DNA of 64,000 nucleotides, from assembly GCA_051750125.1 (NCBI GenBank), contig JBNJJK010000012.1:656-64655 (forward strand), read 5' to 3'. This document shows, in pieces, positions 27,839-37,518 of the stretch. A program made the translations under genes and the position numbers. Position 1 is the first letter of the stretch; every line of letters starts with the position of its first letter. The DNA comes from Pseudomonadota bacterium. GTDB taxonomy: Bacteria > Pseudomonadota > Gammaproteobacteria > Pseudomonadales > Halomonadaceae. Under the pieces are notes generated by a model. That model worked only from the letters and a program-made list of their open reading frames with translations. It was not told where the DNA came from and did no database searches.

Positions 27839-28803
27839 ACGCGCGCCTCCCTTTGCGTTTCCGCCCGCTGATCGATGGCCTTTTGGCTTCCCTCCACCAT
27901 CGATACGAACATTTCCTCCAGGCGGTTGGCACGGTTACGCATGGAAACCACCTGTAACCCCTGATCGGTCAAGGCGCCAAACACATCATTGAGCCGCTGG
28001 CCGCGATGAATCACCAACGCCAGCTGCGATGCCTCCACCCGCTGAATATCAAATCCTTCCACCACGGGGGCATCGCTAACGGGCGCTGCAAGGTCCAGCA
28101 AAAAGGTTTCCGTATCCAGCTCGGCGAGTAGCTCGCGCACGCTGGTATTGCGGACGATTTCGCCGTGATTGATGATCGCGATATTGCGGCAGAGGCTCTC
28201 GGCTTCTTCCAGATAGTGCGTGGTGAGGATGATGGTGGTGCCTTCGTCGCGGTTGATCCGCCGCATATATTCCCACATGCTCCGGCGCAGCTCGATATCC
28301 ACGCCCGCCGTCGGCTCGTCGAGAATCAGCAGCTTGGGGCGATGCATCAATGCGCGGGCAATCATCAACCGGCGTTTCATGCCACCGGACAGCATTCTGG
28401 CGCTACCGTTGCGCTTGTCCCATAGCCCAAGATCGGTCAGCAGCTGCTCAGCACGAGGCAGCGCCTCGCGACGCGTCATACCGTAGTAGCCCGCCTGGGC
28501 CAACACGATATCAAGCACTTTCTCGAACTGGTTGAAGTTGAACTCTTGAGGAACCACGCCGATCTGGTATTTCGCTTTGGAGAAATCTTTATCGATATCG
28601 ATACCAAAGATCGACACCTTACCCTGGGTCTTCTGAACCAGTGAGCAGACAACGCCCAGGGTGGTGGATTTGCCTGCGCCATTGGGACCCAACAACGCAA
28701 AAAAATCGCCCTGATGGACGTCGAGATCAATACCTTTTAGCGCTTGGAAGCCGTTGCCGTACTCTTTGGTAAGGCCACGTATCGACAATGCCGGTTCGGC
28801 CAT
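27835..28803 (-). CDS. yadG: ABC transporter ATP-binding protein (YadG-like)
   Basis: GPNGAGKST, LSGGMKRR, LILDEPT. Confidence 0.92.
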   Translation of the reverse strand: MAEPALSIRGLTKEYGNGFQALKGIDLDVHQGDFFALLGPNGAGKSTTLGVVCSLVQKTQGKVSIFGIDIDKDFSKAKYQIGVVPQEFNFNQFEKVLDIVLAQAGYYGMTRREALPRAEQLLTDLGLWDKRNGSARMLSGGMKRRLMIARALMHRPKLLILDEPTAGVDIELRRSMWEYMRRINRDEGTTIILTTHYLEEAESLCRNIAIINHGEIVRNTSVRELLAELDTETFLLDLAAPVSDAPVVEGFDIQRVEASQLALVIHRGQRLNDVFGALTDQGLQVVSMRNRANRLEEMFVSMVEGSQKAIDQRAETQREARV

Positions 28804-28949
28804 GAACATGTCCTGTCAGCAAAATGAGAAGAGTCATTGCGTGCGTAAGCACTAGATATTAGGGCGCAAACTTTTTTTTCAATCGGATTCTTGCCGAATG
28901 AGGCAGGTACTGAAGAAGCAGAAGAAGAGATGGTAACGATAGGTGCGCT

Positions 28950-29028
28950 TGGAGCGGGATAAGGTGATCGATAGGGCGGCTTTCCGCCGGGCTGGCGCTC
29001 CAGCTCACGACCCTAGGCAACATGCCGC
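28950..29028 (-). ncRNA. tRNA-Gly-derived structured element A (tRNA-like, no anticodon arm)
   Basis: Ends ...ATCACCTTATCCCGCTCCA like tRNA-Gly; T-loop replaced by two hairpins; near-complete acceptor stem GCGGCAT/ATCCCGC. Confidence 0.5.
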
Positions 29029-29043
29029 GTCATAGAATGCGCT

Positions 29044-29118
29044 TGGAGCGGGAAAGGAGATTCGAACTCCCGACCCTCGCCTTGGCAAGGCGATGCTCTA
29101 CCACTGAGCTATTCCCGC
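29044..29118 (-). tRNA. tRNA-Gly(GCC)
   Basis: GCGGGAATAGCTCAGTGGTAGAGCATCGCCTTGCCAAGGCGAGGGTCGGGAGTTCGAATCTCCTTTCCCGCTCCA. Confidence 0.98.
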
Positions 29119-29140
29119 AACGCAATAGGCAAGTACGAGA

Positions 29141-29216
29141 TGGCGTCCCATAGGGGGTTCGAACCCCTGTTACCGCCGTGAAAGGGCGGTGTCCTGGACC
29201 ACTAGACGAATGGGAC
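29141..29216 (-). tRNA. tRNA-Glu(TTC)
   Basis: GTCCCATTCGTCTAGTGGTCCAGGACACCGCCCTTTCACGGCGGTAACAGGGGTTCGAACCCCCTATGGGACGCCA. Confidence 0.98.
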
Positions 29217-29239
29217 ACAGATATAAGCGTAATGTTGTT

Positions 29240-29293
29240 TGGAGCGGGAAAGGAGATCGATCGGACTGGCGTACCAGCTCCCGACCCTCGGGC
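29240..29293 (-). ncRNA. tRNA-Gly-derived structured element B (3' half with hairpin inserted in the T-loop)
   Basis: CGAGGGTCGGGAG + CTGGTACGCCAGTCCGATCG + ATCTCCTTTCCCGCTCCA. Confidence 0.5.
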
Positions 29294-29319
29294 CTATCCA
29301 TCACTTCAAACTGTGTTAT

Positions 29320-29394
29320 TGGAGCGGGAAAGGAGATTCGAACTCCCGACCCTCGCCTTGGCAAGGCGATGCTCTACCACTGAGCTATTCCCGC
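29320..29394 (-). tRNA. tRNA-Gly(GCC)
   Basis: Identical to the copy at 29044-29118. Confidence 0.98.
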
Positions 29395-29434
29395 TCTGTA
29401 ACATGCTGCGCTTACGGCATTCTCGCAATCGGAT

Positions 29435-29510
29435 TGGCGTCCCATAGGGGGTTCGAACCCCTGTTACCGCCGTGAAAGGGCGGTGTCCTGGACCACTAGA
29501 CGAATGGGAC
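29435..29510 (-). tRNA. tRNA-Glu(TTC)
   Basis: Identical to the copy at 29141-29216. Confidence 0.98.
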
Positions 29511-29515
29511 GCAGT

Positions 29516-29590
29516 TGGAGCGGGAAAGGAGATTCGAACTCCCGACCCTCGCCTTGGCAAGGCGATGCTCTACCACTGAGCTATTCCCGC
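29516..29590 (-). tRNA. tRNA-Gly(GCC)
   Basis: Identical third copy. Confidence 0.98.
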
Positions 29591-29614
29591 ACTCCGATAC
29601 CTTAACGATTCAGT

Positions 29615-29690
29615 TGGCGTCCCATAGGGGGTTCGAACCCCTGTTACCGCCGTGAAAGGGCGGTGTCCTGGACCACTAGACGAATGGGAC
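29615..29690 (-). tRNA. tRNA-Glu(TTC)
   Basis: Identical third copy; first gene of the operon. Confidence 0.98.
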
Positions 29691-29925
29691 GTCGCATTGC
29701 CTCGTCGAGGTGGCGCGTATGTTACTCAGCCCTCATTAAGCTGTCAAGCATTCCGGCCCCCACTCTCCTTCTCACCGGTGCCACGCATGCCTGCCGCTAA
29801 CTGCCTCAAAGTAGTGCGTTTAGCACCACAGGCCGCGCGACGCTAGTGCATGAGCCATCGCCTTACCGTGGACGACAACCGACAACCACGCTAAAAATCT
29901 TTTATTTTAAATAAAATCGATTTTA

Positions 29926-29941
29926 TGGCACGCCGATTGCT
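29926..29941 (+). promoter_or_regulatory. Sigma54 (-24/-12) promoter of the TRAP operon
   Basis: TGGCAC-GCCGA-TTGCT fits the consensus exactly, 50 bp before the dctP start; AT-rich tract upstream; NtrC-like site at 29802-29818. Confidence 0.85.
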
Positions 29942-29991
29942 AACACCTTAATGGGACAAAAACTAACTCATCGACTGCCACGAGGTGCCCT

Positions 29992-31095
29992 ATGACCTTC
30001 ACACGCCGCAAGTTCCTAACTACCGCTGCCGTTTCCTCCACCGCCGGGCTGGTATTGGGAGCCCCTTCCATTGCACGCGCCCAATCGTCTGAAACCTTCA
30101 ACTGGCGAATGACCAACGCTTACGGACCCGGCTCACCGTTTTATGTCGAAGGTCCGGGCAGCCCCACCGATGTGATCGAGAAAATCAACGCCATGTCGGG
30201 CGGGCGCCTGGCCATTCAGCATTTCGCCGCCGGCGAGTTAATTCCGGCGCTTGAAGGCTTCGAGGCCGTTCAGAGCGGTACGATCGAAATGAACGCGGCG
30301 AATAGCTATTTCTGGTCGGGCACCACCTTTGCCGCGCAGTATTTCACGACCGTCCCCTTCGGCATGAGCTTCATGGGCCATATGGCATGGCTTTATCACG
30401 GCGGCGGCCTCGAGCTGTGGCACGAGCTTTACGAACCCTTCGGTATGGTCGCCTTCCCCCTCAACAATACCGGTGTACAGATGACCGGGTGGTTCCGCGA
30501 GCCCATCGAGGAGATCAGCCAGCTGGAAGGTCTGCGCATGCGCGTGCCCGGGTTAGCCGGCAAGGTTTACGCCTCGTTGGGCGTGGATGCCCGCGTACTG
30601 CCGGGCGGCGAGATTTTCCCGGCGCTGGAGCGCGGCGTGATCGACGCGGCTGAGTTCGTGGGTCCCTACCAGGATCGTCGCATGGGGCTTCAGGATGCCG
30701 CCAAGTACTACTACACCACCGGCTGGCACGAGCCTTCCACCACCGGCGAGCTGCTGATATCCAAATCCCACTGGGACAGCCTGCCGACCGACCTGCAGAT
30801 GATCGTGCGCTCGGCATGCATGGCGGCCTGCCTTGAAAGCCTGACCTGGTCCGAAGCCGTGAACGGTGAAGCCCTCACCGACCTGGTCGACAACCATGGG
30901 GTTACCGCCAGTCAGCTGCCAGAACCCATTGTCAATGCGCTACGCGAGGCCACGCTGGATACCCTCGAAACCGAGGCGAACGCCGACCCGGCGGTGCGCA
31001 AGATTCACGACAGCTACATGGCTTTTAAAGCCAAACACGATCGCTGGGCAGGTGCCAGCGAACGCGCCTGGTTAAGCGATATCATCGGAGTCTGA
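29992..31095 (+). CDS. dctP: TRAP transporter substrate-binding protein (DctP/TakP-like, Tat signal)
   Basis: TRRKFL twin-arginine signal; MSGGRL..FAAGELIPALE; GLRMRVPG; ERGVIDAAEFVGP. Confidence 0.92.
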   Translation: MTFTRRKFLTTAAVSSTAGLVLGAPSIARAQSSETFNWRMTNAYGPGSPFYVEGPGSPTDVIEKINAMSGGRLAIQHFAAGELIPALEGFEAVQSGTIEMNAANSYFWSGTTFAAQYFTTVPFGMSFMGHMAWLYHGGGLELWHELYEPFGMVAFPLNNTGVQMTGWFREPIEEISQLEGLRMRVPGLAGKVYASLGVDARVLPGGEIFPALERGVIDAAEFVGPYQDRRMGLQDAAKYYYTTGWHEPSTTGELLISKSHWDSLPTDLQMIVRSACMAACLESLTWSEAVNGEALTDLVDNHGVTASQLPEPIVNALREATLDTLETEANADPAVRKIHDSYMAFKAKHDRWAGASERAWLSDIIGV

Positions 31096-31096
31096 T

Positions 31097-31606
31097 ATGC
31101 GAGCCGTCGAAAGTGTGGTTTACGGCATCGAGGCGCTGGTCCGGCTATTTGGCCGGATCGCCGCCTGGACCTGCGTGGTGTTGGTGGGCCTGGTCGCCAG
31201 CGACGTTATGCTGCGTTACCTGTTCGATATCGGCGCGGTATGGCTGCAGGAGCTGCAATGGCACCTGATCTCGCCCATCGCCCTGTTTGGCATGGCGTAC
31301 CTGCTGCTCAATGGCGAACAGGTCCGGGTCGATGTGTTTTACGAGCACTTCCCGGTCGCCGTGAAACGAACCATCGAAGTGCTGGGCGGCCTCACACTGC
31401 TGGTGATGGGGCTATACATTGCCTGGCTGACGCTCCCCTGGGTCGCACAGTCGTTTGGCCGCGGGGAAGCCTCACCCAACCCCGGCGGCCTCCCCTGGCG
31501 CTGGCTGCTGAAAGCCTTCCTCCCCTTTGGCTTCACCCTGCTCGCACTGCAAGGGCTGGCTCACGCGCTGCGCAATGCGCTGGCGCTTCCTGCACAAGGT
31601 GACTGA
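31097..31606 (+). CDS. dctQ: TRAP transporter small permease
   Basis: Four TM helices, V..RYLF, ELQWHL, VRVDVFY. Confidence 0.9.
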   Translation: MRAVESVVYGIEALVRLFGRIAAWTCVVLVGLVASDVMLRYLFDIGAVWLQELQWHLISPIALFGMAYLLLNGEQVRVDVFYEHFPVAVKRTIEVLGGLTLLVMGLYIAWLTLPWVAQSFGRGEASPNPGGLPWRWLLKAFLPFGFTLLALQGLAHALRNALALPAQGD

Positions 31607-31609
31607 CCT

Positions 31610-32935
31610 ATGTCTTTAAATGAATGGCTCGCGATCGGCATGATCGGGGCCTTTTTCGTCATGCTGCTGATTGGCATCCCGGTGGCGATCAGCATCGCGA
31701 CGACCGCGTTCGTGTTTGGCTTCATCGGCTTTGGTCCGATGTTGTTCAATCTGCTGCCGTCGCGCATCTACGGCGTGGTGACCAACTACACCTTCATGGC
31801 GATTCCGCTGTTCGTCTTCATGGGCGTGATGCTCGAAAAGTCCAAGCTCGCGGATGAGCTGATCGACGTGGTCGGCCACCTTTTCGGCAATCTCTCGGGC
31901 GGCATGGGCGTAGCGATCATCTTCGTCGGCGTGCTGCTCGGGGCAGCCACAGGCATCGTCGGTGCTACCATCGTGACGCTTGGACTGCTCACGCTACCCA
32001 CCCTGCTGCGTCGGGGCTATCCCAAAGCGCTCGCCTGCGGCATGATCTGCGCCTCCGGCACCCTGGGGCAGATTATTCCGCCCAGCCTGGTGCTTATTCT
32101 GCTGGCGGAAATCCTCGGTGAGTCGGTGGGCACCATGTTTGCCGCTGCCATGCTACCCGGGCTGACCCTGGCGGCGGTGTACATGGTGGCGATTCTCGCC
32201 CTGGCCGCCTGGAAACCGCATTTGATGCCGCCCATCCCGGCCGATGAACGGGCGCAACTGAGCAAGTCACAGTTGCTGCGCAAAGTCATCGTGGTCGTGG
32301 GTCCACCGGTAGGGCTCGTAGTGGCTGTGCTCGGCTCGATCATCGGCGGCATTGCCGCGCCCACCGAGGCCGCCGCCATGGGCGCGCTGGGTGCCCTGGT
32401 ATTTGTCGCCTGCTCGGGGCGGCTTACCCTTAACTTACTCAATGAGGTCGCCAAGGCCACCCTGATCATTTCCGCGATGGTGTTTTTCATCCTGATCAGC
32501 GCGCAGGTGTTTGGTCTGGCATTTCGCGGCCTGGGTGGTGAGCATCTGGTGGCTCGCATGTTCGAGTGGGTACCCGGCGGCGAGATAGGCGCCCTGCTGT
32601 TCATGTTGCTGCTGATGTTCATACTCGGCTTTTTCCTCGAATGGATCGAGATCAGCTATATTGCCCTGCCGTTATTCCTTCCGTTTTTCGTTCAGCTAGG
32701 CGTCGACCTGGTGTGGCTCGGCATCCTCGTTGGCCTGGTGCTGCAAACCTCGTTTTTAACGCCGCCCTTTGGCTGGTCGCTGTTTTTCCTGAAAGGCGTT
32801 GCTCCCAAAGGCGTGACAACGCTGGACATCTACCTCGGCGTGTTACCGTTTATCGCTTTGCAGTTTCTCGCTATTGCCATGGTGGTACTATTTCCCGGCA
32901 TTGCCACCTGGCTACCCGACGCCATTGGCTGGTAG
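31610..32935 (+). CDS. dctM: TRAP transporter large permease
   Basis: AIPLFVFMG, GTLGQIIPPS, SFLTPPFG. Confidence 0.93.
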   Translation: MSLNEWLAIGMIGAFFVMLLIGIPVAISIATTAFVFGFIGFGPMLFNLLPSRIYGVVTNYTFMAIPLFVFMGVMLEKSKLADELIDVVGHLFGNLSGGMGVAIIFVGVLLGAATGIVGATIVTLGLLTLPTLLRRGYPKALACGMICASGTLGQIIPPSLVLILLAEILGESVGTMFAAAMLPGLTLAAVYMVAILALAAWKPHLMPPIPADERAQLSKSQLLRKVIVVVGPPVGLVVAVLGSIIGGIAAPTEAAAMGALGALVFVACSGRLTLNLLNEVAKATLIISAMVFFILISAQVFGLAFRGLGGEHLVARMFEWVPGGEIGALLFMLLLMFILGFFLEWIEISYIALPLFLPFFVQLGVDLVWLGILVGLVLQTSFLTPPFGWSLFFLKGVAPKGVTTLDIYLGVLPFIALQFLAIAMVVLFPGIATWLPDAIGW

Positions 32936-32965
32936 TCAACGGGCTTAATAATAAAAGGACCGATT

Positions 32966-34552
32966 ATGCTCCATACTCAACGTAGCTACGGCGGCAGCTG
33001 TGTCGCACCGCACCACCTCGCCGCCAGCGCCGGACGCGACATCCTCAAGCAAGGTGGTAACGCCGTTGAAGCCATGGTCGCCGCTGCCGCGACCATCGCC
33101 GTGGTTTATCCGCACATGAACGCCCTGGGCGGCGATGGTTTCTGGTTGATCCACGAGCCTGGCAAAGCACCGGTGGCCATCGACGCCTGCGGCCCCGCCG
33201 CCGGCCTGGCTGACGTGGTTTTTTACGCCGGTGAAACGCAGATTCCCGAGCGCGGCCCCAAGGCCGCTCTCACCATGGGGGGCACGGTAAGCGGTTGGCA
33301 GGAGGCACTGTCCGTCGCCGCCGACTGGGGGCCGGCCATGCCGTTGCCCGCCCTGCTCGCCGATGCCATCGGCCATGCCCAAAAAGGCGTAGCGGTGACC
33401 AAGAGCCAGGAAACCCTGACCGCCAAGCACCTTGAACGGTTATCGCAAAGCCCCGGCTTCAGCGAAGCGCTGCTGGTGAACGGCAAGGCCCCACGCGAAG
33501 GCGAACGCCTGCGCCAGCCACGCCTGGCGGCGACGCTGAATCAGCTCGCCACCGCCGGGCTGGATGATTTCTATCGCGGCACGCTGGCCGCCAGCATGGC
33601 CAGCGACCTCGAAGCCCTGGGCAGTCCGCTGCGGTTGAGCGACTTTCACGATTACCGCGCCCAGCGCGTCACGCCGCTCGAAGTCAGCCTGGCCGACGCC
33701 AGTGTCTACAACCTGCCGGCCCCCACCCAGGGCATGGCGTCGCTGATGATCATTGCCATTTACGAACGCCTGAAAGCCGCCGAGCCCAATGGATTTGGCC
33801 ATCTGCACGGGGTGATCGAGGCCACCAAGCGCGCCTTCATGCTGCGCGACCAGTACGTGACCGACCCGGCGCGTGTCCCCGGCTCGCTCCAGGCGTTGCT
33901 CAGCGACGAACGGATTGGCGCCGAAGCCGCTCAAATCGACACTTCCCAGGCGCTGCCCTGGCCCCACCAAGCCGAAAAAGGCGATACCATCTGGATGGGT
34001 ACGGTGGATAACCAAGGCCGAGCGGTCAGCTTTATCCAGAGCATCTATTGGGAGTTCGGCAGCGGCGTGGTGCTGCCGGAAAGCGGCGTGCTGTGGCAAA
34101 ACCGCGGCATCAGCTTCTCCCTCGATCCCGAGGCGCTGCGCGGACTCGCCCCGGGACGCAAGCCGTTCCATACGCTCAACCCTGCGCTGGCCCGGTTCCG
34201 CGATGGACGCACCATGGTCTACGGCACCATGGGCGGTGAAGGGCAGCCGCAGACCCAGGCCGCGGTCTTCTCGCGCTATGCGTTTCATCACATGCCGCTG
34301 CAGCAGGCGGTCAGCGCGCCGCGCTGGCTGCTGGGCCGCACCTGGGGTGAATCCAGCATGAACCTGAAACTCGAAGATCGCTTCGATGATGACCTGGTGG
34401 CGGCGCTGAAGACGGCAGGCCACGATGTGGAAGTCCTCGATGAGCCGTTCAGCGATTCCATGGGCCATGCGGGAGGCATTGTGCATCACTCTGACGGGCT
34501 GATTGAAAGCGCTCATGACCCCCGAAGCAACGGGGGCGCGGCGAGCGTATAA
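32966..34552 (+). CDS. Gamma-glutamyltransferase-family Ntn hydrolase, HpxW (oxamate amidohydrolase)-like
   Basis: APHHLA, VVYPHMNALGGDGFW, nucleophile GDTIW, SFIQSIYWEFGSG, PFHTLNPA, MGGEGQPQTQ, PRWLLGRTWG, DPRSNG; from recall, closely collinear with Klebsiella HpxW. Confidence 0.8.
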   Translation: MLHTQRSYGGSCVAPHHLAASAGRDILKQGGNAVEAMVAAAATIAVVYPHMNALGGDGFWLIHEPGKAPVAIDACGPAAGLADVVFYAGETQIPERGPKAALTMGGTVSGWQEALSVAADWGPAMPLPALLADAIGHAQKGVAVTKSQETLTAKHLERLSQSPGFSEALLVNGKAPREGERLRQPRLAATLNQLATAGLDDFYRGTLAASMASDLEALGSPLRLSDFHDYRAQRVTPLEVSLADASVYNLPAPTQGMASLMIIAIYERLKAAEPNGFGHLHGVIEATKRAFMLRDQYVTDPARVPGSLQALLSDERIGAEAAQIDTSQALPWPHQAEKGDTIWMGTVDNQGRAVSFIQSIYWEFGSGVVLPESGVLWQNRGISFSLDPEALRGLAPGRKPFHTLNPALARFRDGRTMVYGTMGGEGQPQTQAAVFSRYAFHHMPLQQAVSAPRWLLGRTWGESSMNLKLEDRFDDDLVAALKTAGHDVEVLDEPFSDSMGHAGGIVHHSDGLIESAHDPRSNGGAASV

Positions 34553-34666
34553 CTGCAAGGCTGGCGATTTTGCTCAATATTGCGCATCCTGAACTCAGGC
34601 AGACCATCACTGTCATTGGCAGTGATGGGATCAGCCAGCGAGATTTCAGCGGGAGAGGAGACCCCC

Positions 34667-35065
34667 ATGGCGAAAATTGAGAAATCCCCGGATCAGTGGC
34701 ACGAGCAGCTCACTCCGGAGCAGTACCGCGTCACTCGCGAAAAGGGCACAGAACGGCCGTTCACCGGTGATTATCAGGTGAGCGAAAAACAGGGGATTTA
34801 TCACTGTGTATGCTGTCACGCGCCGCTGTTTGAGAACGAGCACAAGTTCGACGCCGGGTGCGGCTGGCCCAGCTTTGACCGCCCTCTAGGCACACGCTGT
34901 GTCGAGGAGCATCAGGACACCACCCATGGCATGGTGCGCACCGAAGTGGTGTGCTCCCATTGCGATGCCCATCTAGGTCACGTCTTCCCCGACGGCCCTC
35001 CCCAAAGCACCGGCTTGCGTTACTGCATCAACTCGGTCGCGCTGGAGTTTCACCCAGACGAATAA
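34667..35065 (+). CDS. msrB: Peptide-methionine (R)-S-oxide reductase
   Basis: [46 protein letters not shown]. Confidence 0.96.
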   Translation: MAKIEKSPDQWHEQLTPEQYRVTREKGTERPFTGDYQVSEKQGIYHCVCCHAPLFENEHKFDAGCGWPSFDRPLGTRCVEEHQDTTHGMVRTEVVCSHCDAHLGHVFPDGPPQSTGLRYCINSVALEFHPDE

Positions 35066-35073
35066 CGATCTGG

Positions 35074-35104
35074 CACTTGCGCCCGCCTCAGGCGGGCGCA
35101 AGTG
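35074..35104. terminator. 14-bp hairpin between convergent msrB and the chemoreceptor gene
   Basis: CACTTGCGCCCGCC-tca-GGCGGGCGCAAGTG. Confidence 0.6.
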
Positions 35105-35122
35105 TGACCGTACCGTCAGGCG

Positions 35123-37288
35123 TTAAAACTCATCCCATTGATCGGCACCGGCGCTTTCTGTATCGCGCGCCTTCGACGAGGATGCCTTGCCGGGCAGCGC
35201 CATGGTGGTCTTCTGGGTCGCCTGGTTGACCCTTGCCAAGTGCTCACGCGCGGTCTTGATGCTTTCTTCCTGAGCCCCTTCCAGACGGAAGGCGTCGACG
35301 ACGTTAGCTAGCTCAAAAGCCTCAATCGATAGGTTGTCAGCGGATGCCGCTATCGACTGTACCTTGGTGGCATTTTGTTGCGTTACATCGTCCATCTCGG
35401 CAATCGCCGAGTTGATCTGCCCAATGCCGCTACTCTGTTCGCTGGAAGCGGTACTGATCGACTCCATCAGCTCGCTTACTTTGCTGGCTTGGCGCATGAC
35501 CGAATCAATGGCCTTCTCCGCCACCTCGACGGCACTGCGACCGCCGGTGACTTCCTGGGTGGTGCTGTCGATCATGCGGCGAATTTCCTGAGCCGCCTCG
35601 GCGCTGCGGCCGGCCAGATTGCGCACCTCGCTGGCCACCACCGCGAATCCACGGCCGTGTTCGCCTGCCCGTGCTGCCTCCACCGAGGCGTTCAGAGCAA
35701 GAATATTGGTCTGGAACGCAATGCCGTCGATCACGCTGATCATTTCGGTCATTTTTTCAGCGCTTTGGGCAATCCGCTGCATGCGTTCCACCAACTGCTG
35801 CATCTGATCGCCGGTTTCCTGGGTGCTCTTCGCATTCTGAACCGCCAGCTCGCTCGCCTGACGGGCGTTATCGGTATTCTGCTGCACGGTTGAGGTCATC
35901 TCTTCCATGCTCGAGGCCGTCTCCTGAAGCGAGGATGCCTGCTGCTCGGTACGCGAGGCCAGCTCCTCATTTTCGGCGGCAATTTGCTGAATGGCGGGGG
36001 TGACCACCGAGACACGGTTTTCCACGTCGCCGACGATGCCGGACAGACTAAAACGCATGGTATCCAGCGAATAAAGCAGCTCACCCAGCTCATCGCCCGT
36101 TTGGCGACGCTCCCGGGCGGCCAGGTTGCCGGCGGCAATCTGGAAGGTCACGTAGCGCGCGCCGGCCAGACTGCGCAGTACCGATTTCAGGATCAGCACG
36201 CTCAACCCGATCATGATCAGCGCGCCCAGCGCCATCAACACCAGCTGGGCAATCATCATCTGCTGGCGGCCCTGGTCGGCCTCCGCCAGCATCTCGGCGG
36301 CGAGTGACCGCTCGCTTTCAACCAGCTGGCTGACCTCGGCACGCAACGTTTGCGTGCCCGGCTGGACGATGTCACTTAGCGCTTCAAAGGCGCCGAAGTT
36401 TTCGCCCTCAACGAGAGCTGTCACTGCCTGATCGACCCCGTCGTTCCAGTTGCCAAGCGCTGCGCCAAAGGACTGAAGCGCTTGGCTGTCGGGGTCTTCA
36501 TCGGCGCGGTATTCGTCCCAGCGAACCTCGATCCTTTCAAGTTGTGCTCCCAGCGTCGCTGCCAGTTCATCGGCCTCGACGCTGCGCGGATTGCTCACGG
36601 CAGGCTCCAACTGCTCGACCACCTGCCCCACGGTTTGCTCGATGGTCTGCAAACCGGCCACGTCGTCCAATCCTGAACGGCTCAGGGTGTCCAGGCGGTC
36701 TCCCGAGACCATCAGCCCGTAGATACCCAATCCGCCGGCGATGCCGAGCAGCAGCACAGACGCCAGTACCATGCCGATGAGTTTGGCGCGCAGACTGGTA
36801 AGCCTGAAACGCGAGAGTATCCCCGTGAGGCCTTTTCGTCGCAGTTCCCCGCGCACCAGCGTATAGCGCCGTGATTTACCCTTCTCGCGCATTTCAGCGT
36901 AGATTTTTTCGGCTTTGGCCACCGCCTTGGGGTTGGCCTTACGGCGCACCGAGGTATAACCAACTATGCGGTCGCCGTCGCGTAACGGCGCAAGCGTAGC
37001 GTGGACCCAATAATGGTCACCGTTTTTACGCCGGTTCTTCACCAGACCTTGCCAGGTTGTGCCTTCCTTCAGGGTTTTCCATAAGTTGGCGAAAGCCGCT
37101 TCAGGCATGTCTGGGTGACGAATCAGGTTATGCGGTGCGCCAATCAACTCGTCCCGCGAGTAGCCACTGACTTCTACAAAGGTGGGGTTGGCGTAGGTCA
37201 CGTTACCTTTCAAATCCGAGCGCGAAATCAGCACGGTTTCTTCGGTCAACGGGTATTCTTGCTGTGTCACGGGTTGGTTGTTGCGCAT
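35123..37288 (-). CDS. aer: Aer-type PAS chemoreceptor with an additional periplasmic domain
   Basis: Aer PAS ([23 protein letters not shown]), TM1, ~150-aa periplasmic region, TM2, HAMP, MCP signalling tip. Confidence 0.85.
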   Translation of the reverse strand: MRNNQPVTQQEYPLTEETVLISRSDLKGNVTYANPTFVEVSGYSRDELIGAPHNLIRHPDMPEAAFANLWKTLKEGTTWQGLVKNRRKNGDHYWVHATLAPLRDGDRIVGYTSVRRKANPKAVAKAEKIYAEMREKGKSRRYTLVRGELRRKGLTGILSRFRLTSLRAKLIGMVLASVLLLGIAGGLGIYGLMVSGDRLDTLSRSGLDDVAGLQTIEQTVGQVVEQLEPAVSNPRSVEADELAATLGAQLERIEVRWDEYRADEDPDSQALQSFGAALGNWNDGVDQAVTALVEGENFGAFEALSDIVQPGTQTLRAEVSQLVESERSLAAEMLAEADQGRQQMMIAQLVLMALGALIMIGLSVLILKSVLRSLAGARYVTFQIAAGNLAARERRQTGDELGELLYSLDTMRFSLSGIVGDVENRVSVVTPAIQQIAAENEELASRTEQQASSLQETASSMEEMTSTVQQNTDNARQASELAVQNAKSTQETGDQMQQLVERMQRIAQSAEKMTEMISVIDGIAFQTNILALNASVEAARAGEHGRGFAVVASEVRNLAGRSAEAAQEIRRMIDSTTQEVTGGRSAVEVAEKAIDSVMRQASKVSELMESISTASSEQSSGIGQINSAIAEMDDVTQQNATKVQSIAASADNLSIEAFELANVVDAFRLEGAQEESIKTAREHLARVNQATQKTTMALPGKASSSKARDTESAGADQWDEF

Positions 37289-37371
37289 GGAGATCCCTAA
37301 TAATGAAGATATATTTTTTTTAGAAACTGGTAAGCCTATCGGCCCGCACAGGAAAAACTAAATAGTGACTC

Positions 37372-37408
37372 ACAAAGAAAAAAGCGCTACCCGTACGGGT
37401 AGCGCTTT
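37372..37408 (-). terminator. Intrinsic terminator downstream of lon
   Basis: AAAGCGCTACCCG/CGGGTAGCGCTTT stem with a T run on the minus strand. Confidence 0.8.
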
Positions 37409-37518
37409 AGAATTTATACGGCGTTAGACGTTAAAGTTAAACGTATCGCTTAAACGATGCATATCGATAGCCGTATAACGAATCACATAACATCAGACAA
37501 TCTTGAACTGCCCGATGA

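Noticed and set aside
29030-29846. Several small ORFs and an apparent regular repeat array (CRISPR-like)
   Set aside because: The repeats are identical tRNA-Gly and tRNA-Glu genes; the ORFs are shadows of them; no cas genes.
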